Origin: Raja brachyura
Taxonomy: Eukaryota
Length of the DNA stretch: 64,000 bases
NCBI GenBank assembly: GCA_963514005.1
Contig: OY740810.1
Coordinates: 19,654,001-19,718,000 of the forward strand
Direction of reading: 5' to 3'
Below are positions 24,107 to 36,945 of this stretch, piece after piece (position 1 is the stretch's first letter; each line of letters opens with the position of its first letter). A program made the translations under genes and the position numbers. The notes beneath the pieces were generated by a model, which saw nothing but the letters and a program-made list of their open reading frames with translations, was not told where the DNA came from and made no database searches.

Positions 24107-27029
24107 CTGCAAAGCAGAACTACCAATTCAGTGAGTGGGGCTAATAAGCGCCAACTTTGCATGGTGTCTGGGAGTCAAGGGAAGGTGCCATGCATTTCCC
24201 ATTATTTATGGGATTTAGTGTCCGTGACTACGTTTTCTGGACTGGTGAGGATTCCAGACCTCACTTCATTTCTGGTGAAGACCTCCAGCAGCAGTAACGA
24301 TAATACATTACATACATGCTCAATTAAATCTCTTATGATGCCTGTGGCCTCCATGCATGAATATATCGTTGGCACTGTAAACTGCAATACAATTTACCCA
24401 GAGGTTCCCATTGCTTTTAGTAATCCTTTTTTTCAAATCAAGACCAATTACGTTGCATGTAAAAGTTATGTGCAACAATATATTTTTTTGTACATAGTCT
24501 CCTCCTCCCTCTAAAAAAATGGAAGATATCCTAATGTTATCAGCAGATTTCACAATTGGCCTTATGGCACTAATCCTGTAATTCACGATAACTCACACCA
24601 TGAAGCACTTAAAAATTAGGAAGTCACCAGACAACCTTGCTGTTTAGCTCAGCAATATCATATCGCTGACGCACATTAGAAAGTCAAACACTGTTTAAGC
24701 AATTACTATTGGCCTCAACGTCCTGGGCAGGAACTCCTGTGTGGGTCATAGTGCAGTGAATATGAAGGACCGTGAACACGGGCAGGATCTACCAATATAA
24801 TGATATACCCCTTGTCAGAGTATCATAGTGTCATCTGGAGACAAATCAGTGTGATCAAGGAAGCCAATTTGTGATTGGGGCCAGAGTTGGATCTGTGAAA
24901 AATCCTCTAATAAGTTCCACTATGAAAGAACAATGACCTTTGCACATTTGACAAACTCATGTCTACGCTGGTCTCAAGGCATCTCACATTAACTTACTTG
25001 GTGTTACTGATACAAAACAAAATATAGAAAACAAGTGAATCTCTACATATTACCAATGTCTAGCCGCAGGTGCTGGTAATGGAGGATGGGTGGGTTATAA
25101 CCATAGGGAGTTAAGGATTTGTGGCTTATGCTTGGTGAGGACTCCTGTAAATACATAAGTGAGATGGCCCCACCCCTGCAGTCAACCCATCTCTTACCAT
25201 TTCCAAGGCCACATAGGCCTTCTTTTGTCAGACTTTGACACTCCCTCCTCCGCTGGTCCATTACATTAATTACACCACTTTCCACCTCATGTATTTCATT
25301 TGTTTCAGCGTCACATTTTCCCTCTTCTTTGCCACTCTGAAACTATGACAACCGGAGACTAAACAAATGGAATCATAGTAATCTGAAACATAATTGGAAA
25401 AGATGTTGTTAAATCTGCAGCTTATAAAGGTTCACGCATTGAAGGGATGGCTCTTCAGAAGCACCTGCAAGAAGTGTCCTTGTATGTATAGTGGGCACAG
25501 GAAACTGCCGAGAATTTATGGTATAAATCTAGGCTCCCTGCTAGAGTGTAGGATCACAAAGGAAGTCTCACAAGGTGCAAGCCTTTGAGTTCCATCATCC
25601 CAGCGAGAGGGTCTGAACATCGGGCCGCCCGTTGCGGCAACTGCGAGGGGCTCGGGAGCCCCCCGACCACGGGTGAACAACAGAGGACAACAGAGGAGGA
25701 TGACTGAATTTTGGAGCCTTCCCTCACAGTGGGAAACTTTGATTCCGCTGTGTGGGGATGTCCGTGTTACAGACTATCGTGTTCTGTGCTCTATTATTCG
25801 TATGGCTGTATGGTGACCACACATTTCACTGTACCAATTGGTACACGTGACAAATAAATGTATCTTGTATCAATATGTCTCAAATTCACCAATTCAAAAT
25901 AAGTTTGATGTTAGCTGAACCACACCAGGAATGAGCTTATCACTACTCTTGTATGAAACTATTCTGAAAGCTAATTTAACAATTAAAATAATGCATTTTT
26001 GCCTTCATTACAATGTGGTAGAAGTTCTTCTCTTCTAATGTCTACTCCTTTCCAGATATTGATTCAAGGCAAGAATTCCAGGCCTGTATGACGGGTTGGT
26101 TGATACAATTTGTATTAATATAGCACTTTAAAACATGTCCCAAGAAACTTAACAAACAACTAATCAAGCAACGTGATGAGTCTTAGAAATATTAAAGTAT
26201 ATGGCCAGGTTTGCTAAGCAATATACTGTAGAAAGATCCTCAGTGGGGGTGTGGGAGTAAGGAAATAGAGACTTTGGGTGGGGTTTTCCAGGCAAAGAGC
26301 TTATGTAACTGTAAAAGTGAAGACGTTAAAGAACAATGGGATGCAGAAAAGTTATTCAGAAACAGTGGAGTCCTAGGGCACAAGGAATTTACACAAATTG
26401 AGAGGATTCCTGGAAATGAAGGTTAAAATTTCAATGTAGACTCTCTGCCAGATTGCGAGTATGGTGATGAATGAGCAGGACTGGATTTGAATCTGCATTC
26501 TCTAAATGAATTATTGTTTACAATGAGTACAAAGTGGACCAGAGAATCAGAATACATTGGGAGCTGCAACCGTGGGACCCTGCAGGACATATCATCATGG
26601 AGCTGGCGATCCCTGTCGGGGATCGACCTTAGAACTCCAACCGCGGGAGCCAGTGGACTTTAACGTCATGGACCTCGCGGTACCTGGTTAGGGACCGACT
26701 TCGGGAGCTCCAAGCCGCAGGAGCTTCAACCGCCCCGATTGCGGGAGCTTCGATCGGCCCAACGTGGGAGCTTTGATCACCCAGACTGTGAATATCTCCA
26801 CTGCCCTGACCGCGGGAGGATAAAGAGGAGGAAGATAGGACATGATTGTGTTCCATCACAGTGATAAATGTGGGGAATCTACTGTAGTGGATATTTATGT
26901 TAAGTTATGTAGTTGTGTGTCTTGTTGGTTTTTTTAGTATGGCTGATTGGGAATTCGAGTTTCACTTACCTTGATTGGTTACACGTGACAATAAACAGAC
27001 CTTTGAACCCTTTGAACCTTTGGATTCTT

Positions 27030-27853
27030 ATGCATCAGCGAGACCAAACGTAGACTGGCCGATCGTTTCACTGAACACCTTTGCTCAGTCTGCTTGGACC
27101 TACCAGATCTCCCGGTTGCCAAACACTTTCATTCCCCTGGGTTACACAAAAAGCTGGAGAAACTCAGCGGGTGCAGCAGCATCTAAGGAGTGAAGGAGAT
27201 AGGCGACGTTTCGGGTCGAGACCCTTCGAAGAAGGGTCTCGACCCGAAACGTCGCCTATCTCCTTCACTCCTTAGATGCTGCTGCACCCGCTGAGTTTCT
27301 CCAGCTTTTTGTGTAACCCTCGATTCTCCAGCATCTGCAGTTCCTTCTTTAACACTTTCATTCCCCTTCCCATTCCCACACTGACATTTCTATCCTAGGC
27401 CTCCTCTATTGTCAGACTGGCCAAACACAAATTGGAGGAACAGTATCTTATATTTTGCTTGTGCAGCTTACAACCCCGTGGTATGATTATTGATTTCTCT
27501 AACTTTAAGTAACCCCTGCATTCCCTCTCCCTCCTCCACCCAAGTCATACTGGCTTCAAAGTCGTCCTGTTGAGTCTCATTGTCTGTACTCGTTCTCACC
27601 TAATGAACGCTAACAATGGCCCATTTCCTTTATCATTGTTACTTTTTTGCATATCATTCATTCATTGTTCTTTATCTCGCTACATCTCACCTTCTATATC
27701 TCTTGTTTCCCTTTCCCTAGACTTTGTCTGATGAAAGGATCTTGACCCGAATAGTAGTTCATTCCATTTCTCCACAGATGTTCTATGACCCGCTGAGCTA
27801 CTCCAGCTTTGTGTCTATCTTCGGTTTAAACCAGCATCTGCATTTCCTTCCTA
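27030..27853 (+). mobile_element. Degraded Penelope element (GIY-YIG remnant plus terminal repeat) with a nested palindromic insertion at 27139-27350
   Basis: gagaccaaacgtagactggccgatcgtttcactgaacacct parallels the ETKRRLGNRFAEHL coding sequence near 11050; 17-bp TSD aacactttcattcccct at 27122-27138 and 27351-27367. Confidence 0.85.
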
Positions 27854-29329
27854 CCTATTGCATACCCAGACTGCTCTCATACAACATTATCTGTCAGTCT
27901 GTGAAGAGGCGCCAAATTCAGGTTGTACACTCATTTTTGTCTACATATGTGTGCAGGTACCTTGCTATTTGGTACGTGGATGGGCAAATTAATAACAATA
28001 TTTCAGTGCCTTTTCAGTAAATCTGACTTCACATATTGATGGCTTTAATGTAGGGTTACTATGACATTAGTTACTTAGCAACAGAGAATGACAACATCGG
28101 GTGTTTGGCCTTCTAGATTGCAAGCGTAGTCTGCCTACACCCTCCGGCAGGTCGGTGACGGTAGTTAAGATTCTAAACCCACACACAAACAAGGATTCTA
28201 ATTCTGTTACACAGCCCAGGAAACAAAATGTGCTCTCGACATAATTCACTCCCCAAGGCTTGCCCAAATACACCCAGGTTTAGCAGTTGCATCTTATTAC
28301 TTCTTCATGTACCAATTCTTCAGCCACAATGTGCCTGTGCCTTTGCATGCTCTTCCTAATCACCTCTGTTATGGCCCTTAATCCATTTTTCCAACTGTAC
28401 TTGGTCATCTCCAGCCTTAATCATTTAATTACATTAATCCCCTTGACTGGCCTTCTTTGTATGAGCTCTGGGATGTGTTTGTAGTGAGAGGTGCTCTGGC
28501 AACACAAAGCTATTGCTCAGGCTGGAAGTGAAGCGTGATCTGTTTGAGGATGAACACCTGGAGACCCTCAGCGTGCTGACTGTATTCATTGATGTTGCCC
28601 TCCCCCAACCAATTCTGCTCCATACCAATGGATCTAGAAAGGGCAGCAAACAGCAGGAAACCGAATGCACACCCTATTGATCTTTGCTCTCGAACTGCCT
28701 CCCACTTCAGACGGCTAATCAAACACAGTTACCTGCTGTAGTCATGTTCATGCAGCACACTGCCATGACAACAGTGCTGTGATTCACACCCAGAATTACC
28801 TACTTTTTTTAAAAAGGGATCTTAATGAAAAATATTAGGGAACCAGTAAATTACATAAATTAGAGTTCAGTGTTACAGGGATGGTAACTATTCTTGTTGA
28901 AACAACTTTTTAAAAAATATATTGATCAAAGTTCATTATCCAAAATTATTTACAAAAAAAATACTTCTGACCCTGCTCCCTTTACTCCCTCAAATATTGC
29001 TCTCATAGACACTGAACTTTGCTAAAGTTTTGATTCATAGCTTTTAGCAGGACAACTAATCATGGAGTCAAGTTTTGACAGGACAGAAAGGGATTTAGAC
29101 ACAAAATTAAAAATGAAGTCAAATTCCTCCATTTCACTACCTTTCTCATTAAAGATTTACGACAGTTTCACCTCATCAGTTCAATGAGGCAAGAACATTT
29201 CACATTCTAAAAATTCTCTCATGTGCCCTCCTCATTCACAAATGTATATTATTTAAAAATTACAAACCTGTGGAAAATATTTTTTCTCTTCACTGTCAAA
29301 TTGCTTTTTAACTTTCAAAATCACAGTTC

Positions 29330-29800
29330 AATGTTTGGTAGCTTTGGTCAATGCTATAGGAAGAATGTCACTAAATTAGAAATGGTGCAAGAAAAAGATT
29401 CACAATTATGTTATCTGGACTGCAGGCTTTGAGTTATGAGGAGAGGAGGGGATGGGCTAAGTCTTTTGTCGCTGGAGTGCAAGGGGCTCAGATAGGAGAA
29501 TACAGTTCTTTCCCCAGGGTTGGAGTGTTCAAAACTAGACTAAAACATGAGGGAAAATTTAAAAGGGATCTGAGGGGCAACTTTTCACACAGAAAGTGGT
29601 GCATATAAAGGAATGAACTGACAGAAGAAGTGCTAGAGGCAGCTACAATTACAACATTTAAAATATACTTAGACAGATGTGTGATTAGGAAAGGTTTAGA
29701 GGGATATGGCCAGGTGCAGGCTAGTGCAACCAACTCAATTAGGCCAGTTGGACGAGTTGGGCCGCAGGGCCTGTTTCCATGCTGTTTTGCTCTATGACTC
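29330..29800 (+). mobile_element. Degraded CR1 3' fragment
   Basis: YRKNVTKLEMVQ, LSYEER and RDLRGNFSHRK remnants; 3' end gggccgcagggcctgtttcc..tatgactc. Confidence 0.75.
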
Positions 29801-31145
29801 TAATGCTTATATTAATGATCTTGTAATCCAGAAGTGGGAGTTCAAATTGAATTAAACAAATCTGGTAATTATTCTTTGAAAATAAAGTTAGTAGTTTGCA
29901 GGGAGAAGAAGCAGTTCTTAATAATCCAGTCTGACTTTATGGTTTGCACCAGGTTAAACAGACCGTTTGCTTTTAATTGCTCTTGCGATATGAGCAGTCC
30001 CCTGCTTCTCTACTTCAAGATAAATAATCGCAATATCCAAGCCATTTTTCATTGATAGTCACCACTGGGATTCACTGTGGCGAGAGCCTGTTGCTGAGTG
30101 TAACTCTCAGATCTTCATTTACTAGGGCAGTCATTTCCACTCAAATAGAACGAGGCAACAAAATTGCACACTTCATCAGCACTGAAGTTTATGCCTGGTG
30201 GCATGTCTAAGCCAGTGCAAAACATACATACGAATTACCAAATAAGATTTGAACCTACAATCTGTGACCGAATGACTCCGTTCTTACCCCATAGGATGCC
30301 CAAATTAATCTGGTGTTTGCAAAGGGTTTGTGTTTGTGCTCAAATCTTCATGGCACTGCAGATCCCAGCATGCTGGTGCATGGACTAGAAACATCCCTCC
30401 TGTTGTATGTTATACAAATGCAAGAGCATCTGCATTCTTTCTGGCAGGTTTCCTATCTTCCCCATGTGATTATTAACCACGAGTAAAGGTCAGAATCTTT
30501 GAATATTGAAAGAAGACAGGATACATCAAAAGGAGGATCACGGGGCCAGTGACAGTCAACAGACCCCATCAATCAACTTCAAATGTTTCTCTCAAAGACT
30601 ATTAGTGCGACACCAGGTCCGAAAAGTGAAAGCAATTGCATTGAACAGTCACTTACAGGGGTTGGCAACCTGTCTGCTGCCCACATTGAGGAGATCAGCC
30701 AAAACAAAGGATCTCTTGCCCTTGCCAATCATTCACCCACTCTCACAGTTAACTGTCAATTAGCTTAGCGCTGCTAAAACCAGAGATTGACTTGGAATCA
30801 GAACACAGTACATTTACATTCTCCTAGCTAACAATGATCTATTCTACGTTTTCCTTGAACTTCACCTCTTTTGATGTCTCGTTTTCACACACTTTACCCT
30901 TCCTTATCTTTGTGTCTCCCTCTCCCCTGACTCTCAGTCTCGACCTGAAACGTCACCCATTCTTTCTATCCAGAGATGATGCCGGTCCCGCTGAGTTACT
31001 CCAGACCATGTTCGTCGTGTCATGTTCCCCAAACTAACTTGGAAGCCTGATTTCAAATGGCAAACGCCATTCAGGACCCATTTTAAACAGAAGCAGTGCC
31101 GAGTCCACCCATCGCCGACAATGTTGGAATTGAACCATTCTGTAC

Positions 31146-31292
31146 CTTGTCTCCGCATCGTTTCAAAGGTGGTCTCACACCTTCCACCAACCAGCATGCT
31201 GTGTCCAAAGTTTTCCTCCGGCATTGTCAGTAGCGGTGAGAGCGGACATCCTTTGTAAAATGTGTCTTCGCGAATGATCACATCTCTGCAGC
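31146..31292 (-). other. Candidate 147-nt internal exon of the miR-7 host gene
   Basis: Strong acceptor tccctttctttttctcag|GCTGCAG with a long pyrimidine tract, donor CAAG|GTACAG, CpG-containing unique sequence. Confidence 0.5.
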
Positions 31293-31439
31293 CTGAGAAA
31301 AAGAAAGGGATAATAAATGGGGAAGGGAGAACGAGATGGGGGGAGCGTTGGAGAGAACAGGAGAGAGAGAGAGAGAAAGAAAAACAACAGCGAAGCAAAA
31401 TCAACAATGGGGAAATTAGAGGGTGCAGAGGTAGCGGCA

Positions 31440-32400
31440 GTGAAAGAGAAGGCGTAGGACGAGATATTAAATTCCCGCACCATGTCACGGATTACCCTGA
31501 CACGCTGGGTCAGCAGGTAAACTGCCTACGCTGAGACTGACAGGGTTATGACCAGGCAATCATTCACAAAGATTCAAGCCAGTGCCAAACATACCTACGA
31601 AACATCAAATAAATGTCATCTCTGCAGCAACAAGGCAGCGACTGGATTGAGTTTTAACTCCTTGAGATCCGAGCTGCGGAAAATCTGCAATTCAACCAAA
31701 ATATAGCAGGTGTGAAGAACAGGGCGGATCCGTCCAAGTTTAACTCCAAGTCTTGTGCAACCACTAGCGAAATTTGGTGCAAGCAGGTCGTGCGAGGTAG
31801 GGGCACAGTCAATGCAAGCCCGACCCCCACCCTGCCGCGTTTCCAATGATGTGTCCCAATTCGGTTCGCTTTCACGTCGGCAGAGATGGTCCTGTCAATG
31901 TCAGAGGAGGAGCTCTGGGTTGAGACCGAATGAAACTCACGGTTCTTATCAGAAACAGGTTCAGGTCTCCCTTCACACAACCCTCGCTTGCAGTTTCAAG
32001 GGGCCACGCGGGTAGCTTTGAGTATTAGCGCTGCTGTGTTACAGGGGACGTGGCAGTCCAAGTGTACACAGAAGGATCTCACGGAGAGCGTCAGCCTCTC
32101 AGTTGCTCCGGGCTCTGACACTGCCCACAGGCAAGAACTTTCCCTCACTGTGTCCCAGGTGGTAACACAGGGCATCGGGCGCAAGGCACACAGTATTGTG
32201 CCTTCCCCACACCGGCGAGGCTGCGAGGAAACGATGAGCGTTTCCCTCCAAACAACATCTTTCCGCAGAAATCTCCGCAGTGTAAGCCGCGCACCCCATT
32301 CCAGCCCAGCCCGGAGAACGGCACGTCAAGCTCCACTATAGAGCGAGCCCGCCAACAGGCGAGATCAGAATACTACGCGCATTATTTTAGCCAAGATTTA
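31440..32400 (-). promoter_or_regulatory. CpG-rich region; candidate promoter or alternative first exon of the miR-7 host
   Basis: Non-repetitive CpG-rich sequence; minus-strand donor ACC|GTGAGT (intron from 31940); CRE-like TGACGT at about 32323-32328. Confidence 0.5.
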
Positions 32401-33379
32401 TTCAACATATTATAACTTAATGCGAAATAAAGATACAAATCTGATCACAAAGTAATCCGATACTTGGGAGGACTGATATTGATTTACAAGTGGACCAGGG
32501 CACCAAACATCCAGGCCAGCCACGGGGCTTGTTTATTTATTCACCTTCTAGTTTCTTTCCCAACGCCCCACCCCAAATAAGTCTGAAGAAGGTTGCCGAT
32601 CCGAATTGTCACCTATTCATGTTCTCCCAGCGATGTTGCCTGACCCGCTGAGTTACTCCTGCATTTTGTGTCTTTTTTTCCGTAAACCAGTATCTGCAGT
32701 TCCTTGCTTCTACCCTTGGGTTGTTTTTGTGTTTACAAGCCTTCAATCCAAACCTTAAGCGCAATATTAAGACTATGGCCAGTGAGTGCCATAGGGATAA
32801 GCTGTCAGATCCCATGTGTTCAACATTTATAGCAATAACTTGGCTAGAGAAGACCAAAAGTAACATCTCCAAATTTGCAGGATTGGAAGGTAATTAGGGA
32901 AGATGCAGCAAAGCAGCGTCAAAGGAATTTGGACAACAATTTGGCAGCAGGAACAATTAGATTATCCACCGAACTCCGAGGAAGGGTTCCCACCAGAAAC
33001 ATCACCTATCCATGTTCTCCAGGAATGCCACCTGACCCACTGAGTTCATAAGTGATAGGAGCAGAATTATGCCATTCGACCCATCAAGTCTGCTCCACCA
33101 TTCAATCATGGCTGATCTTTCTCTCCCTCCTTACTCCATTCACCTGCCTTCTCCCCGTAACTCCTGACACCAGTAAGTTGTGGGGTTTTTTCCTTGCAAA
33201 CCTGCATCTGCAGTTCTTTGTTTCTAGATTATCAATTTTATGTCCAAGAAAAAAGCTAAATTTTGTTTTGAAATTGTGAGACACATGGTAATGTTGATGT
33301 TCAAATGGATCAGAGGGTCAACAGCCAAGGAGGGAAGGTTCAGTGGGCATGAAATTGGTACAATGTGCTCTTGCATTAA

Positions 33380-33950
33380 CATTCATGACCAAAAGGAGTT
33401 AAGTTCAAGAGTAAAGCTGTCTTGCTACAGTTATAGAGACAACTCCAGGAATATTCTGTATAATTTTGGTCCCCTTAAACAAAACGAGATTTACTCGTGA
33501 GATGAGGAGCATGCAGTGATCCTCTACGCCAATTCATGGGCTCATTGGTCTATCTTTGAGGAGCGATGAAGCAGAAAAAGCCTGGAGTTTAGAAGAGTGA
33601 GAAGTCTCATTGAAACATGGGGGTAGACTATGTACATGCAGGGTGCAGGGATGAGGTCTCCTGGTTCAGGAAGCAAGGAATCACCATTTCAAAATAAGAT
33701 GCAGGTCATTTAGGACTAAATTAATACAAAATTTCTTCTCTAAGAGCATGGTGAATCTTTGGAATTGTCCACACTCAGAGGCCTGTGGATTATTCAAATC
33801 AAATAATCGATTTCTGGATAGTAAAGGAATCAATGCAGATGGGGGGTAGGACATGAACATAGACAATGCTTGAAGATGATCAGCCTTCATTTTGTTAAAT
33901 AGTGGAACCGGCTTGAGGTTGCCAAAAGGCTTTCCCCCCCCACTAATATT
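33380..33950 (+). mobile_element. Degraded CR1 3' fragment
   Basis: ctggagtttagaagagtgaga, tttaggactaaa..ttcttctc..ggtgaatctttggaatt (LEFRR, FFSQRVVNLWN-like). Confidence 0.7.
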
Positions 33951-35359
33951 ATGTTATACATGATCAGGAAAACTGGAACAGTGACCCTAACAGGCAGAGC
34001 ATAAGGGTGATATCCAAAGTACTTCAACTGCTCCTAATTAAACTTGGCCCTCAAAGTTACTCTCCTTGTCACTTTACTAACCCTCTTTAGAGGATTTTTC
34101 CTCAGAGTTTCTCAGTTCCCCACCACAGCACACTTGAAGCAGAAGTAGTTCTGGAGGAATTCTTCTCTGGGTTGACTTTTGCTAAGCAACAATGCTTTAT
34201 CAGTTATGCTCTTGTTAAGCACTGTTTAATCATGTTTCCAGGGTAGAATTATCAGAGAACAGCATAGGTCAATCAGAAGGAAGTAGTTAGACTGGTTAAC
34301 AACATGGCAGGCCGGATCTATCTTGCCATGGTTACGAATACCTGATGATAGGGAAAGTTTAACAGGATTTGGCAAACAAAAAAACGGTGGGACCCACTAA
34401 CTCACTACAAATGCAAGTTCACAATTACAGCTTCTCTTCACTTGCTGTCACAGTCTAATGATAGTTTTGAACTTTTTCAAATCCTGTCTCCTCACTGATA
34501 AGTCAAAGTCAAAGTCAAAAGACTTTATTGTCATGTGTCCCTGACAGGACAATGAACATCTTTCTTTGCATAGCACAACAGAACATAGTAGGCATTGACT
34601 ACAATTGATAAACAAAGTATACAAATAAAAGCAATTAAAACCATTTCTGACATTGTTCATGCTGCCTTTGCTTGTTATTCACCAAGATGCACAATAATGG
34701 ATTAGCACAACAAGCCTCTGTTTTATCTATTAATGCAGCATCCTTTAGGCAAAATAGTAATAATTAACCTCAGCAATAAAAAACAAATCTGCCGTGATCT
34801 CCTGGAAATGTGTAAAACACAATTGTGCAACATTAACTAATTTATCCCCCATGGCATTACTAACAGTGAGCCATAGAAGTGTAAATTGACAAAATAATAT
34901 TTAAAATCTCAGTTGAAATAGCAAATGAATTGCATATGGACATATTAAATTCAATTTCAATTTTTGTTTTAGGGATGTAGCAAAACTAACAAGTCAGTTT
35001 ACTGCCTAAACCAAGTTGCATTGTTAGCAGTATGATCCATCTTTTGTGAACTGTGTTTGTGAGATCAGGCCAGGTAGTAGACCCTTCCCCTCCCAAAGCA
35101 CATTAGTTCTGTATTTATAGCAATTTATCAAGTCATTTTCAATTCTATAAATCCACAGATTTAAAAGGCTTTAAAGTTAATTGCACATCTCAAATTTGTG
35201 GAATTTGAACTCTCAACTCTAGAATAGCTGTGACATAGCAACGATGTTATGATGGACCAAGAGCAATCTAATTTTAATCCAAGCCTGTCAAATTATTCAA
35301 ATGTGAATAAGCAATAAATTTATGAAGAAATCTGAACATTCACCAGTTTACACATCCTA

Positions 35360-36490
35360 ATTAGAAACATTGAAAATAGGTGCAGGAGGAGGCCATTTGG
35401 CCCTTCAAGCCAGCGCCACCATTCATTGTGAACATGGCTGATTGTCCCCTATCAATAACCTGTGCCTGCCTTCTCCCCATATCCATTGACCCCACTAGCC
35501 CCTAGAGCTAACACTCTCTTAAATCCATCCAGTGACTTGGCCTCCACTGCCCTCTGTGGCAGGGAATTCCATAAATTCACAATTCTCTGGGTGAAAATGT
35601 TTTTCCTCACCTCAGTCTTAAATTACCTCCCATTTATTCTAAGACTGTGGCCCCTGGTTCTGGACTAGCCCAACATTGGGAACATTTTTCCTGCATCTAG
35701 CTTGTCCAGTCCTTTTATAATTTTATATGTTTCTATAAGATCCCCCCTCATCCTTCTAAACTCCAGTAAATACAAGCCCAGTCTTTTCAATCTTTACTCA
35801 TATGACAGTCCCGCCATCCCAGGGATCAATCTCGTGAACCTATGCTGCACTGCCTCAATCACAAGGATGCCCTTCCTCAAATTAGGAGGCCAAATCTGTA
35901 GACAATACTCCAGATGTGATCTCACCAGAGCCCAATACAAATGCAGAAGAACCTCTTTACTCCTATACTGAAATCCTCTTGTTATGAAGGCCAACATTCT
36001 ATTAGCTTTCTTCATTGCCTGCTGTACCTGCAAGCCAACCTTTAGTGACCGGTGTACAAGGATGCCCAGGTCTCGCTGCACCTCCCCTTTACCTAACCTA
36101 GCCTCATTGAGCTAATAATCTGCCGTGGAGTAGACAAATTGTTAAAGAAGGAACTGCAGATGCTGGAGAATCGAGGGTTACACAAAAAGCTGGAGAAACT
36201 CAGCGGGTGCAGCAGCATCTAAGGAGCGAAGGAGATAGGCGACGTTTCGGGTCGAGACCCTTCTTCAGACCCCCCCTTGTTTTTGCCGCCAAAATGGATA
36301 ACCTCACATTTATCTATATTATACTGCATCTGCCACGCATCTGCCCACTCACTCAACCTGTCCAAGTCACCCTGCAACCTCCTAACATCCTCTTCACAGT
36401 TCACACTGCCACCCAGCTTTGTGTCATCCGCAAACTTGTTAGTGTTGCTCCTAATTCCCTCTTCCAAATCATTAATATCCCTCTTCCAAA
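35360..36490 (-). mobile_element. CR1 LINE 3' part interrupted by a Penelope-derived repeat (about 36140-36270)
   Basis: ORFs 36219-36494(-) INDLEEGIRSNTNKFADDTKLGG..LQGDLDRLSEWADAWQMQYNIDKCEVIHFG and 35794-36081(-) QRDLGILVH..LEYC.. Confidence 0.93.
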
Positions 36491-36727
36491 TCATTAATAT
36501 AATTAATTGTTTAGTAAATTAGGGCTTGTTAAAAAATCCTTGTATATAATCTTCTCCAAGGAGTGGAATGTGTTTTACCCAGGCTGCTTCTTTAGACAAC
36601 ATTTATACCCTCTTCAAGAATATTGTTTTTCACCTCTGCTGCACTGAATTACATACACACATATTTTAGTTTATAAAACAATATTTGTGTGGGTTCTTAA
36701 TGCATCTATTGTGATGAAGAAACTCAC

Positions 36728-36945
36728 CCATTGCTGATCAGTACCATGGTGTTGATGTTCCTGCCACCAGTCATGTCTCCAGTTGTAAAGGTGCTGAATA
36801 AGTTCTTCTCCCCGCTGGATGTGGGCCTGGGGTCGCAGCTGCTCCAGGTCGGAGTCCCGTCGGTCCAGGGTCAGTTCAGAGTCGCCCAGGACATCTCCGG
36901 CCGTGAGCAGCAGTGCAGCTGCCGAGAATGCTTCTCCGCTGGTTC
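36728..36945 (-). other. Candidate first exon of the miR-7 host gene, preceded by a GC box
   Basis: GC- and CpG-rich block; minus-strand GGGGCGGGAC near 36947-36956; donor AATGG|GTGAGTT (intron from 36727); no upstream pyrimidine tract, so a first exon is more likely than an internal one. Confidence 0.55.

Noticed and set aside
28280-28720. Minus-strand ORFs 28434-28670 and 28510-28722
   Set aside because: No convincing protein match; more likely a decayed LINE remnant or chance ORFs.
30934-31488. 184-aa minus-strand ORF
   Set aside because: Runs through a (CT)n/pyrimidine tract and ends in a Penelope repeat; only 31146-31292 looks exon-like.
14461-32092. REST/RE1 sites (ttcagcacca at 14461, ggcgctgtcc at 18121, cacggagagcgtc near 32079)
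   Set aside because: Only half-sites; no full 21-bp RE1 found.
36728-36894. Selenoprotein reading MSWATLN-UGA-PWTDG.. through the candidate first exon
   Set aside because: No resemblance to known selenoprotein families and no SECIS identified; simpler as a short uORF.
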